DNA from: an uncultured Pseudomonadota bacterium
GTDB taxonomy: Bacteria; SAR324; NAC60-12
Direction: 5' to 3'
Assembly (NCBI GenBank): GCA_913020725.1
Contig: CAJWCD010000088.1
Span: 1 to 15,870 of the forward strand
Length of the DNA: 15,870 nucleotides
Part shown: positions 1-6,863 of the stretch, piece after piece
Numbering within the stretch: position 1 is the stretch's first letter
How the letters are laid out: each line of letters starts with the position of its first letter
Made by a program: the position numbers and the translations under genes
The notes under the pieces: model-generated
What the model was told of the DNA's origin: nothing
Database searches by the model: none
The model's input: the letters and a program-made list of their open reading frames with translations, nothing else

Positions 1-1
1 C

Positions 2-781
2 AGAAAACTAACTTTTTCTAGTGGTTGTACTGCGGATTATGATACGACATCTGATTATAAATCAACCACTTTCACAGGTGTGATTACGAGGCAAATGAAT
101 GAAAAAACAACAATTGCTGGTGCAATATCCTTGCAGTCTATAAAGGGTGATATCGCAAGGACGGACACTTTAACAAGCAATTGCACATGGGTTGCAACTG
201 GAACAGACACAAGAAGTTTTTCTGGTTCGGCCTCAGCAGATTTAAATAGTCTTTTGGTCTTTAGTAAAACTAAAATATCGGATAAAATGTCATTAGGTTT
301 TATTTTAGTACCTGAAGCAGGCAGTAAATCAAAATTCTCTAATGATTATTCATCAACTGATTTCAGAGTAGGTAATGGATTTATTATTGGAGGAGCAATT
401 GGTTCAGAGAGTGCGGATACTGTGTTTGAAGGAGGGTTAATCATTGAGCAAGAAAGCAAAAAAAGTGGTGATGGAAGTCAAAGGGATTTGTTTTTTCTCT
501 ATGAAACATTCTTGGATCCAGATGTTGTAGTTCTTGCTGGTTATACAAATTCAGAATCGGAAAAACTTAAGGACGGCTCAACAAACGTAGCGAGATCTTC
601 TTCCCTCTCGTTGATTAGTTTGGGGGCTCAATTTAAAATGGATGAAGGAGTTTACCCATTAATTCAATTTAATATCTTTAACAAATCTTATGGAGACTAC
701 GGAGATTCAAGTTCCGATTCAACAAAAATTGAATCATTTAAATATACAGATATAAGTTTTGCAGTCAACGCATTCTTCTAA
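2..781 (+). CDS. Probable outer-membrane beta-barrel protein, 5'-partial (runs off window edge)
   Basis: Frame is open from position 2 (RKLTFSSGCTADYDTTSDYKSTTFTGVITRQM...), so the GTG at 80 is not the real start. Ser/Thr/Gly-rich with alternating polar/hydrophobic strands and a C-terminal TDISFAVNAFF ending in Phe (BAM beta-signal-like). AT-rich. Confidence 0.65.
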   Translation, partial: RKLTFSSGCTADYDTTSDYKSTTFTGVITRQMNEKTTIAGAISLQSIKGDIARTDTLTSNCTWVATGTDTRSFSGSASADLNSLLVFSKTKISDKMSLGFILVPEAGSKSKFSNDYSSTDFRVGNGFIIGGAIGSESADTVFEGGLIIEQESKKSGDGSQRDLFFLYETFLDPDVVVLAGYTNSESEKLKDGSTNVARSSSLSLISLGAQFKMDEGVYPLIQFNIFNKSYGDYGDSSSDSTKIESFKYTDISFAVNAFF

Positions 782-853
782 TCAAAACCACTTTGAATAA
801 TCTGCTGGCATAACCCCATAGATGTGGACTGAATGAGTTGCTTGGTATAGTGA

Positions 854-1063
854 TTCAGTGGTGAAATAGATCCCGGCCTCATCGGTGGTGCTGGCATCAA
901 ATTCGAATACGGCAAAGGTTTTCTGGGCGTAGATTTGACGCTGATTCCGGGGAAGACTGTCACGTATGAGTACGAGGAATACAACAACGTCACCGATATA
1001 CATTCGGATGGTGTTGATGTCGGTGCCACGATCATCGGGATTTTTGCAGGAATGAACTTTTAG
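854..1063 (+). pseudogene. C-terminal fragment of an outer-membrane beta-barrel protein (no start codon; absent from ORF track)
   Basis: After TAG-TGA (848-853) the frame reads FSGEIDPGLIGGAGIKFEYGKGFLGVDLTLIPGKTVTYEYEEYNNVTDIHSDGVDVGATIIGIFAGMNF-TAG: amphipathic beta-strands and terminal Phe, with GC-richer codon usage than the upstream gene. Confidence 0.6.
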
Positions 1064-1087
1064 TCTCCCCCATCCGTTTGCTGAGTT

Positions 1088-1124
1088 GGGGTGGGTGCAG
1101 GGCATCGCACCCGCTCTAATTTTC
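1088..1124. terminator. GC-rich hairpin between convergent genes, possible terminator
   Basis: GTGGGTGC (1091-1098) pairs with GCACCCGC (1107-1114), 8-nt loop, followed by AATTTT; lies between the stops at 1063 (+) and 1155 (-). Confidence 0.4.
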
Positions 1125-1154
1125 GCAGTTCCCGCAGATCACCACAGTTCTGTC

Positions 1155-1634
1155 TTACGCTTCCAGCGTCATTTCCAGCACGGGCAATTCACGTCCGGGG
1201 ATGAGGGAGGGGAGGACTCCGGTACGGGCCAGGCCCATGTGCTGGTAGAAGGCTTCGGCGTGAGGATCGGCGATGACGCGCAGGGTGCGGCTTCCCAAGC
1301 GCGCGGCTGCGGTGCAGGCGTGGTCGAAGAGGGCACGCCCAAGGCCGTGGCCGATCCAGCCCGGATGCACCCAGAAGTGGTCAATCATGATCCTTTCCGG
1401 CGCTCCGGCGAGTGTCACCACGCCTACGACTTGCCCGCAAGTTTCTCCAACAAACACCTCGTGGTTGCGGAGGTAGCCTTTCGTGAAGGTCAGTTCCGCC
1501 CGCCAGAGTTGCATCCACGTTTCCGGGTAGCCCCAGTGCCGCTTGGCGGCGTGGGCCAGTTCGGTGAGAATTTGCGCTTCCGTTGCACGAGCGCGGCGCA
1601 GGGTCCATTCCGGACCAGTGTCAGGTCTGCTCAT
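1155..1634 (-). CDS. GNAT family N-acetyltransferase
   Basis: LRRARATEAQILTELAHAAKRHWGYP N-terminus, acetyl-CoA motif FWVHPGWIGHGLGRALF, and ADPHAEAFYQHMG. Start placed at ATG 1634; the ORF track extends to 1664. Confidence 0.88.
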   Translation of the reverse strand: MSRPDTGPEWTLRRARATEAQILTELAHAAKRHWGYPETWMQLWRAELTFTKGYLRNHEVFVGETCGQVVGVVTLAGAPERIMIDHFWVHPGWIGHGLGRALFDHACTAAARLGSRTLRVIADPHAEAFYQHMGLARTGVLPSLIPGRELPVLEMTLEA

Positions 1635-1689
1635 CGTTTCCACTGGGCTTTGTTGGCACACCACAAATGACCGTCTCGCTCCCTTGGTC

Positions 1690-2667
1690 TTAGGGTTTGA
1701 GGATGAGTTTGCCGTAAACTTGGCGCTGCGCCACCGTATTCAGAGCGTCCGGAAGTTCGGAAAGGGGTCGGACTTGGTAGATGACCGGTTTCAGGCGTCC
1801 ACGTTCGTAAAGGGCATTGAGCCGGTCCTGCGTTTCCCGAACGAGTCCGGGGTTGTGCTTGAGGTAGTTGCCCCAGTGCAGTCCGATCACGGCGATGTTC
1901 TTGAGCAAAATGCGGTTGGCGGCAACCTTAGGAATCTGCCCTCCGGCAAACCCGATCACGAGCAGTCGCCCCTCCCACGCAATGCACTTGGTGCTGAGTT
2001 CCAGAATTTCTCCACCCACCGGATCGTAGATCACATCGGCCCCACGCCCTTTCGTGATCTGCTTGACGGTCTCCACAAAATCGCTGGTCTCGTAGTTGAT
2101 GACGTGGTCGGCTCCGCACTGTCGGCAGATTTCCAGTTTTTCCTCCGAACCGGCGGTGGCGATCACGGTGGCTCCAAGAATCTTGCCGAGTTGGATTGCC
2201 GTGGTGCCCACACCTCCGGCCCCACCATGCACCAGCAGCACCTCTTCCGGTTGAAGCTGGGCGCGGTGAACGAGCGCGAAGTAGGAGGTTTGGTGGGTGA
2301 CAAGAAACCCCCCAGCGTCTTCATCCGTCATCGCGTCCGGAATGCGGTAGCTGCTGGACTCGTCCAACAGCATCACCTCGGCAAAGGCTCCGACGGTGGC
2401 CGAACCGATCACGCGATCCCCGACTTTCAACAGCCGACAATCCGATCCCACGGTTTCCACCACGCCCATCGCCTCCATTCCGGGCGTGAAGGGCAGAGGC
2501 GGCTTCACCTGATACTTGCCCTCGATGCAGAGCAAATCCGGGAAGTTGATCCCCGTCGCTCCAATGCGAATCCGCACCTGTCCCGGTCCGGGTTCCGGTT
2601 CAGGGAGGTCTTGCCACTGCAACACCTCTTGATGGGGGCCAAACTCCCCAAGGGTCCATGCTTTCAT
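1690..2667 (-). CDS. NADPH:quinone oxidoreductase family protein (zinc-independent MDR, zeta-crystallin-like)
   Basis: GINFPDLLCIEGKYQVKPPLPFTPGMEAMG, LLVHGGAGGVGTTAIQLGK nucleotide-binding motif, GADVIYDPVGG, C-terminal GKLIL. Start at ATG 2667 (MKAWTL) avoids overlap with the upstream gene. Confidence 0.92.
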   Translation of the reverse strand: MKAWTLGEFGPHQEVLQWQDLPEPEPGPGQVRIRIGATGINFPDLLCIEGKYQVKPPLPFTPGMEAMGVVETVGSDCRLLKVGDRVIGSATVGAFAEVMLLDESSSYRIPDAMTDEDAGGFLVTHQTSYFALVHRAQLQPEEVLLVHGGAGGVGTTAIQLGKILGATVIATAGSEEKLEICRQCGADHVINYETSDFVETVKQITKGRGADVIYDPVGGEILELSTKCIAWEGRLLVIGFAGGQIPKVAANRILLKNIAVIGLHWGNYLKHNPGLVRETQDRLNALYERGRLKPVIYQVRPLSELPDALNTVAQRQVYGKLILKP

Positions 2668-2696
2668 CAGTATCGATTGGGAATGGGGATTTTCAC

Positions 2697-3140
2697 TCAG
2701 ATCACAACCTCGTAGGTGTTCCACGCCGTCTTGACGGCGACCCGATCGTAGAGGGTGCGGGCGCGGTAGTTGTCATCGGCGGTGATCCAGCGGATTTTTC
2801 CCCAGCCACGCGCTTTGGCGATTTCCACTAAGCGGGCGATCAGGAGTTCTCCAACACGGGCGCCTCGTGCCGAGGGGTTCACAAAGAGGTCATCCAAAAA
2901 GCCGATTTCCACTCCGCGCAACGGGCTGGGCATGCGACGGTAGTGGCCCAAACCGACCACCACACCATCTTGTTCGGCAACGAGACCTTCCACCACATGG
3001 GCAGGATCGTGCAGCCAGCCCCAGACGGTGGCAAGGGTTTCGTCGGTCATGCCGACTTTGTAAAACTCGCCATACTGGCGGTAGAGTCCCTGCCACTCGG
3101 ATTGATCTTCGGAACGGACGGCACGGATAATGACAGACAT
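2697..3140 (-). CDS. GNAT family N-acetyltransferase
   Basis: FLDDLFVNPSARGARVGELLI (motif A) and IRWITADDNYRARTLYDRVA (motif B). Confidence 0.92.
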   Translation of the reverse strand: MSVIIRAVRSEDQSEWQGLYRQYGEFYKVGMTDETLATVWGWLHDPAHVVEGLVAEQDGVVVGLGHYRRMPSPLRGVEIGFLDDLFVNPSARGARVGELLIARLVEIAKARGWGKIRWITADDNYRARTLYDRVAVKTAWNTYEVVI

Positions 3141-3176
3141 GAGGCCTTGCTGGAAAGGGTGAATTCAAAAGGCATC

Positions 3177-3205
3177 ATGATAGGCCAGCCTCCACGAGGG
3201 AGCAA
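3177..3205 (-). promoter_or_regulatory. Putative sigma70 promoter for the GNAT-QOR-GNAT unit
   Basis: Minus strand TTGCTC (3205-3200), 17-nt spacer, TATCAT (3182-3177), 36 nt upstream of ATG 3140. Confidence 0.5.
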
Positions 3206-3237
3206 GTGCCAAGCGAGCGGATTCTGGAATGCGGGGG

Positions 3238-3271
3238 CAAACAGGACTCCCTCGGAAGCGGGGAATCCTGC
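3238..3271 (-). terminator. Stem-loop just after the last YeeE/YedE gene, probable end of the copper/sulfur transcript
   Basis: Minus strand GCAGGATTCCC-cgcttccga-GGGAGTCCTGT: 11-bp stem (two G:U), 9-nt loop, starting just past the stop at 3280; U-tract is short. Confidence 0.5.
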
Positions 3272-3279
3272 TTGGCGAA

Positions 3280-3726
3280 TCAGTTTTTGGCCAGCGCAGG
3301 AGCGAGGAGGGATGCAATCACACGGTCAGCGAGAAACATGCCGATGCCCATTGCCACCACAAACAGCACTGCGCTTATGCTGCCGCTGCCCAGCGAGGTG
3401 AGGGCGGGTCCGGGACAGTAGCCGCCGAGTCCCCAGCCAATGCCGAACAACAACGCACCGAAAATCAAGTTGCGGTCGATGTCTTTTCTGGTCGGAATCT
3501 GGAACACGCTTGCCAAGACCGGGGTAGGAAAGCGTCGCTGAATTGCAGACTGGAGGACCAAGTAACTGGCGATGCCTCCAACCATCACGAAAGTGAGACT
3601 CAAATCCCATGCTCCGAAGACATCAAGAAAGCCGATGACTTTTTGAGGTTGGGTCATGCCGCTGATGCCAAGTCCGATGGAAAACAGCACTCCGGAAAAG
3701 AAAGCAACGAGGTTGGTTTTTGCCAT
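3280..3726 (-). CDS. YeeE/YedE family sulfur transporter, small subunit (PmpB-like)
   Basis: GVLFSIGLGISGMTQPQKVIGFLD...WDLSL and LFGIGWGLGGYCPGPAL with the conserved Cys. Start at ATG 3726 behind GAGG, 8 nt after the upstream stop. Confidence 0.9.
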   Translation of the reverse strand: MAKTNLVAFFSGVLFSIGLGISGMTQPQKVIGFLDVFGAWDLSLTFVMVGGIASYLVLQSAIQRRFPTPVLASVFQIPTRKDIDRNLIFGALLFGIGWGLGGYCPGPALTSLGSGSISAVLFVVAMGIGMFLADRVIASLLAPALAKN

Positions 3727-3734
3727 GAGATTCC

Positions 3735-4157
3735 TCAGAGGTAGAAGGGTTGAACAAAAGCCACCAGCGCTATTCCGGCCAGCACAAAGGTGACGGTTGC
3801 CACGATGGAGCGCATCGAAAGCCGCCCGATGCCACAAACCCCGTGACCGCTGGTGCAGCCTCCGCCGATGCGAGTGCCAATGCCCACGAGCAACCCGGCA
3901 AACGCCACCATGCCAAAACCCCGCTCGGAGGTGTTGGCAAAAAGTTCGGGGCTAATGCCGTAGAGTCCAACACCACCACCGATCAAGCCTGCGACAAAGG
4001 CGGAGCGCCATGTTCGTTCGCTGCCCTGCTGAAAGAGCATCCCGCCGAAAATCCCAGAGATTCCAGCGATCCTTCCACTGAACAACAACAGCATTGCTGA
4101 TGCCACCCCGATTAACACCCCGCCCAAAAGCGGCATAGTCACTTCAAATTCTACCAT
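3735..4157 (-). CDS. YeeE/YedE family sulfur transporter, small subunit (PmpA-like)
   Basis: GGVLIG...GRIAGISGI and GLLVGIGTRIGGGCTSGHGVCGIGRLSMRSIVAT signatures; RBS GAGGAG. Confidence 0.92.
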   Translation of the reverse strand: MVEFEVTMPLLGGVLIGVASAMLLLFSGRIAGISGIFGGMLFQQGSERTWRSAFVAGLIGGGVGLYGISPELFANTSERGFGMVAFAGLLVGIGTRIGGGCTSGHGVCGIGRLSMRSIVATVTFVLAGIALVAFVQPFYL

Positions 4158-4168
4158 TTGTATCTCCT

Positions 4169-4199
4169 CGCGGATTCAACTCGTAAGTGCAACAGGTGG
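4169..4199 (-). repeat. Isolated 31-bp copy of the IS30-family right end
   Basis: CGCGGATTCAACTCGTAAGTGCAACAGGTGG is identical to 13546-13576, same orientation. Confidence 0.93.
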
Positions 4200-5252
4200 T
4201 TAGCCCTCCACAGGATACCCGGAAGCCTTCCAGGCTGCCATCCCGGAACTCCCCAAGCAGACCATGTTGGCCAACCCTTTCGTAGCAAGACTGGCGTACA
4301 CGGCCTGCGCTCGTCGTCCGGAGTGGCAGTAGAGGTAAATTTTCTGGCAATTCTGCAACTCCCCAAGCCGCTCCAGTTCTTTGCCCATCGGCACGTTGAG
4401 AGCGCCCGGAACGTGCCCCGCCTCGTACTCGTCCGGAGTGCGGCAGTCGATCACGACTTCACCCTCGGACAGCGCCGTATGGATTTTCTGCAAATCACGG
4501 ACGCCGAAAGCTTCCTCGGTCAAGTGCCCATGATCCACGGAGATGCCACAGCCCAAGTTGGCCGGAACCGCCTCGTCAATGTGCTTGGGGCGCGGCAGGT
4601 TGAGGGCGTTCATCAGTGCGGCAAACGCCGCTTCGGTCTGTGTGGCTGAAACGCGCGGGTTGTGCTGCTTCTCCTCGCCAATAGTGGAAACCGACTCCCC
4701 CTTGTAATCGTGTCCGGGATAGACGAGGGTGTCGTTCGGCAGGGTGTAGAGCTTTTCCGTGACGCTCCGATAGAGCTTGGCGGGATCACCCTGCTGGAAA
4801 TCAGTGCGCCCACACCCCCGGATGAAGAGGGTATCGCCCGTGAACAGCAAGTTTTCCACCTTGAAACTGGTGCAGGCGTCCGTGTGTCCGGGCGTGGCCA
4901 ACGCGGCGAGGGAGTGCTTGCCAAATTGCAGCGTGTCGCCATCTTTGAGCAAGAGATCGGCGCACGGCACTCCGGAAGGCTCCCCGACGGCGGTTTGCAG
5001 ACCAAGCGACTCGCGCAGCATCCCCAGCGAGGTGACGTGATCGGCGTGGACGTGGGTGTCCAGCGCATACACCAACTGAATGCCAAGCTCGCTCAGCAAG
5101 CGCAGGTCACGTTCAAACTGCTCCCGGACAGGATCAATGATCACTCCCGCCTTCGTGTCCAAATCCCAAAGCAGGTAAGTGAAGGTTGAAGTCTCCCGGT
5201 CAAAAAGCTGGCGGAAGCCGATGGTTGGGTAATCGTTTTGGTTGAGGGTCAT
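4200..5252 (-). CDS. Persulfide dioxygenase (ETHE1-like MBL-fold) fused to a C-terminal rhodanese domain
   Basis: FRQLFD..TSTFTYLL, THVHADH, TPGHT, LFTGDTLFIRGCGRTDFQQG, YPGHDYKG, AVPANLGCG; rhodanese part IDCRTPDEYEAGHVPGA and active loop YCHSGRRA. Start at ATG 5252 with AAGGAG RBS (350 aa), not 5579. Confidence 0.93.
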   Translation of the reverse strand: MTLNQNDYPTIGFRQLFDRETSTFTYLLWDLDTKAGVIIDPVREQFERDLRLLSELGIQLVYALDTHVHADHVTSLGMLRESLGLQTAVGEPSGVPCADLLLKDGDTLQFGKHSLAALATPGHTDACTSFKVENLLFTGDTLFIRGCGRTDFQQGDPAKLYRSVTEKLYTLPNDTLVYPGHDYKGESVSTIGEEKQHNPRVSATQTEAAFAALMNALNLPRPKHIDEAVPANLGCGISVDHGHLTEEAFGVRDLQKIHTALSEGEVVIDCRTPDEYEAGHVPGALNVPMGKELERLGELQNCQKIYLYCHSGRRAQAVYASLATKGLANMVCLGSSGMAAWKASGYPVEG

Positions 5253-5307
5253 TGTGTGTTCTCCTTTGGTTTGGACATCTCCTGTCCGATCAGTGTTACT
5301 CCTTGCC

Positions 5308-5931
5308 TTATGAACAATTGTTGTGTTTGCGGTACATGTCCGGATCGTGCCCTTCCGGAATGTTGTCGCAAGGATCCTGTGAGGATGAATAGCCCCGCAG
5401 TTGATTGTAGCGGCTGATCTGATGTTCCGACAGCAACTTGGGCGTTTGCAGGTGTGTGGACAGGTGGATGTAGCGCAATTCACTCCGGGTTGTGGCGATT
5501 TTCCCCAGCAACTCGCGCAGGATTGGGTCGGTGATGGTGCGCTCAATGAAGTGCTGCTCCAACTCCGTTTCCAGCGCAATCAGCGCTTCGCCCTTGGCAA
5601 CGGCCTGTTTTTTCATGTCGGCGTAAATCACCTCAATGCTGCCAACCTGCTCCACAGTCAGAGGGACTTCGTTCTTCATTTCCAACAGGTGCGCCGGTCC
5701 GGGCACTCCGTTCAGTTCGGCAGCCTTGGCCAACCCCCAGCCGCCGCCGCGTTGCAACTCTGCAATGTTATCGGCAGAAAGGCTTTTGATGGCACGCCCT
5801 TCCTGTCCGGCGTATTTTGAAACCTGCGAATGACCGCTGTGATCGGTTCCGTGAGAGGTCGCGCACGCGGTGGTTGCCACAAGGCTTGTAGCCGCGAGGA
5901 TGCTGAGTTTCAGTAAGTTCGATAAACGTAT
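5308..5931 (-). CDS. Exported His/Cys/Met-rich helical protein (Spy/CpxP-like or periplasmic metal-binding); start codon uncertain
   Basis: Signal-like RLSNLLKLSILAATSLVATTACA, His patch SHGTDHSGH, conserved-looking YAGQEGRAIKSLS...GWGLAKAAELNGVPGPAHLLE, YNQLRGY, tail CDNIPEGHDPDMYRKHNNCS. No in-frame ATG in the intergenic stretch; candidates are ATA 5931 or CTG 5913. Confidence 0.7.
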   Translation of the reverse strand: MRLSNLLKLSILAATSLVATTACATSHGTDHSGHSQVSKYAGQEGRAIKSLSADNIAELQRGGGWGLAKAAELNGVPGPAHLLEMKNEVPLTVEQVGSIEVIYADMKKQAVAKGEALIALETELEQHFIERTITDPILRELLGKIATTRSELRYIHLSTHLQTPKLLSEHQISRYNQLRGYSSSQDPCDNIPEGHDPDMYRKHNNCS

Positions 5932-6032
5932 AGCTATCTTTCTGCTGGATTGAGTTTGAGGGAAGTCATCAAGTTTCCCCTCTGAATATGCCACCACCCT
6001 CAACAGGGGGCACTGGCGGTTTCCGGGAATGG

Positions 6033-6824
6033 TCAAAAAACCGTTTCCCGAATTAAGATGGCGATTCCCATTACCATCACGAACCAACCAAAGGCTGGCT
6101 TGAGTTGTTCCCCTGAAATTTTTCGACTCAGTCGCACTCCAAGCAGGAGTCCAACTGCGGCTAAACCGGAAAACAGAGCCAAAAATTTCCACTGAATTTC
6201 CTGAGTTCCCAAATCTCCAACAAAGCCAAACAGGGATTTCACGGCAATGATCATCAGAGACGTGCCCACCGCAACCTTCATCGGCAGCCGTGCCAAAACA
6301 ACGAGGGCCGGGATAATCAGGAATCCACCTCCGGCCCCGACAAATCCAGTCACGCCGCCAACGAGCAAGCCCTCTCCGGCGATCAAGGGATAATTGAATT
6401 TTTGCGTTCCTGAAACAGTGTTGGTCTTTGACTTCCGGAGCATGGAGACAGAAGCCAAAATCATGATTGCAGCAAACACCACCATCACGAGCATGTCTCG
6501 ACTGAAAACGACCGAACCAAAGGTTCCCAACTCCTCCGGAATCGCAGGAATGCCAAACCGCCTCACCAGAAAAACTCCAAGGAATGCCGGAGTCGCAAAC
6601 ACCATTCCCATCCGGTAGTCCACCAACTTCTCCCGTATGTACAGCAAAGTGCCAATAAGCGCGGTGGTCCCAACCACAAACAGGGAATAGGATGTCGCCA
6701 ACACAGGTTTCACTTCCATCAAATACACCAAAATGGGCACCGTGAGAATGGACCCCCCACCTCCGACAAGTCCGAGCACCATCCCCATCAACAGGGACCC
6801 CAACCATCCTAGAATCAGTAACAT
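6033..6824 (-). CDS. Sulfite exporter TauE/SafE family membrane protein
   Basis: Duplicated motifs LGLVGGGGSILTVPILVY and TGFVGAGGGFLIIPALV, AVGTSL; about 8 hydrophobic segments. Confidence 0.93.
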   Translation of the reverse strand: MLLILGWLGSLLMGMVLGLVGGGGSILTVPILVYLMEVKPVLATSYSLFVVGTTALIGTLLYIREKLVDYRMGMVFATPAFLGVFLVRRFGIPAIPEELGTFGSVVFSRDMLVMVVFAAIMILASVSMLRKSKTNTVSGTQKFNYPLIAGEGLLVGGVTGFVGAGGGFLIIPALVVLARLPMKVAVGTSLMIIAVKSLFGFVGDLGTQEIQWKFLALFSGLAAVGLLLGVRLSRKISGEQLKPAFGWFVMVMGIAILIRETVF

Positions 6825-6863
6825 TACATCAAAGTATTGCTAAGGTAAATCAGGTTGTTCAAT

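Noticed and set aside
778..862. Integron attC site after the AT-rich gene
   Set aside because: No RYYYAAC/GTTRRRY core pair, poor extended pairing, and no integrase or second cassette.
1543..2715. 390-aa plus-strand ORF
   Set aside because: Antisense shadow of the quinone oxidoreductase in GC-rich DNA; no motifs.
4169..4199. IS-provided hybrid promoter for yeeE
   Set aside because: TTGCAC and TTGAAT are present on the minus strand but no TAnnnT lies 16-18 nt downstream of either.
5253..5579. N-terminal extension of the PDO-rhodanese ORF
   Set aside because: Overlaps the periplasmic gene out of frame; a strong RBS and family N-terminus support ATG 5252.
5308..6807. 499-aa ORF as one protein
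   Set aside because: Its first half is an alternative frame of tauE with nonsense composition; stops in that frame are rare in hydrophobic genes. Only the last ~200 codons look like real protein.
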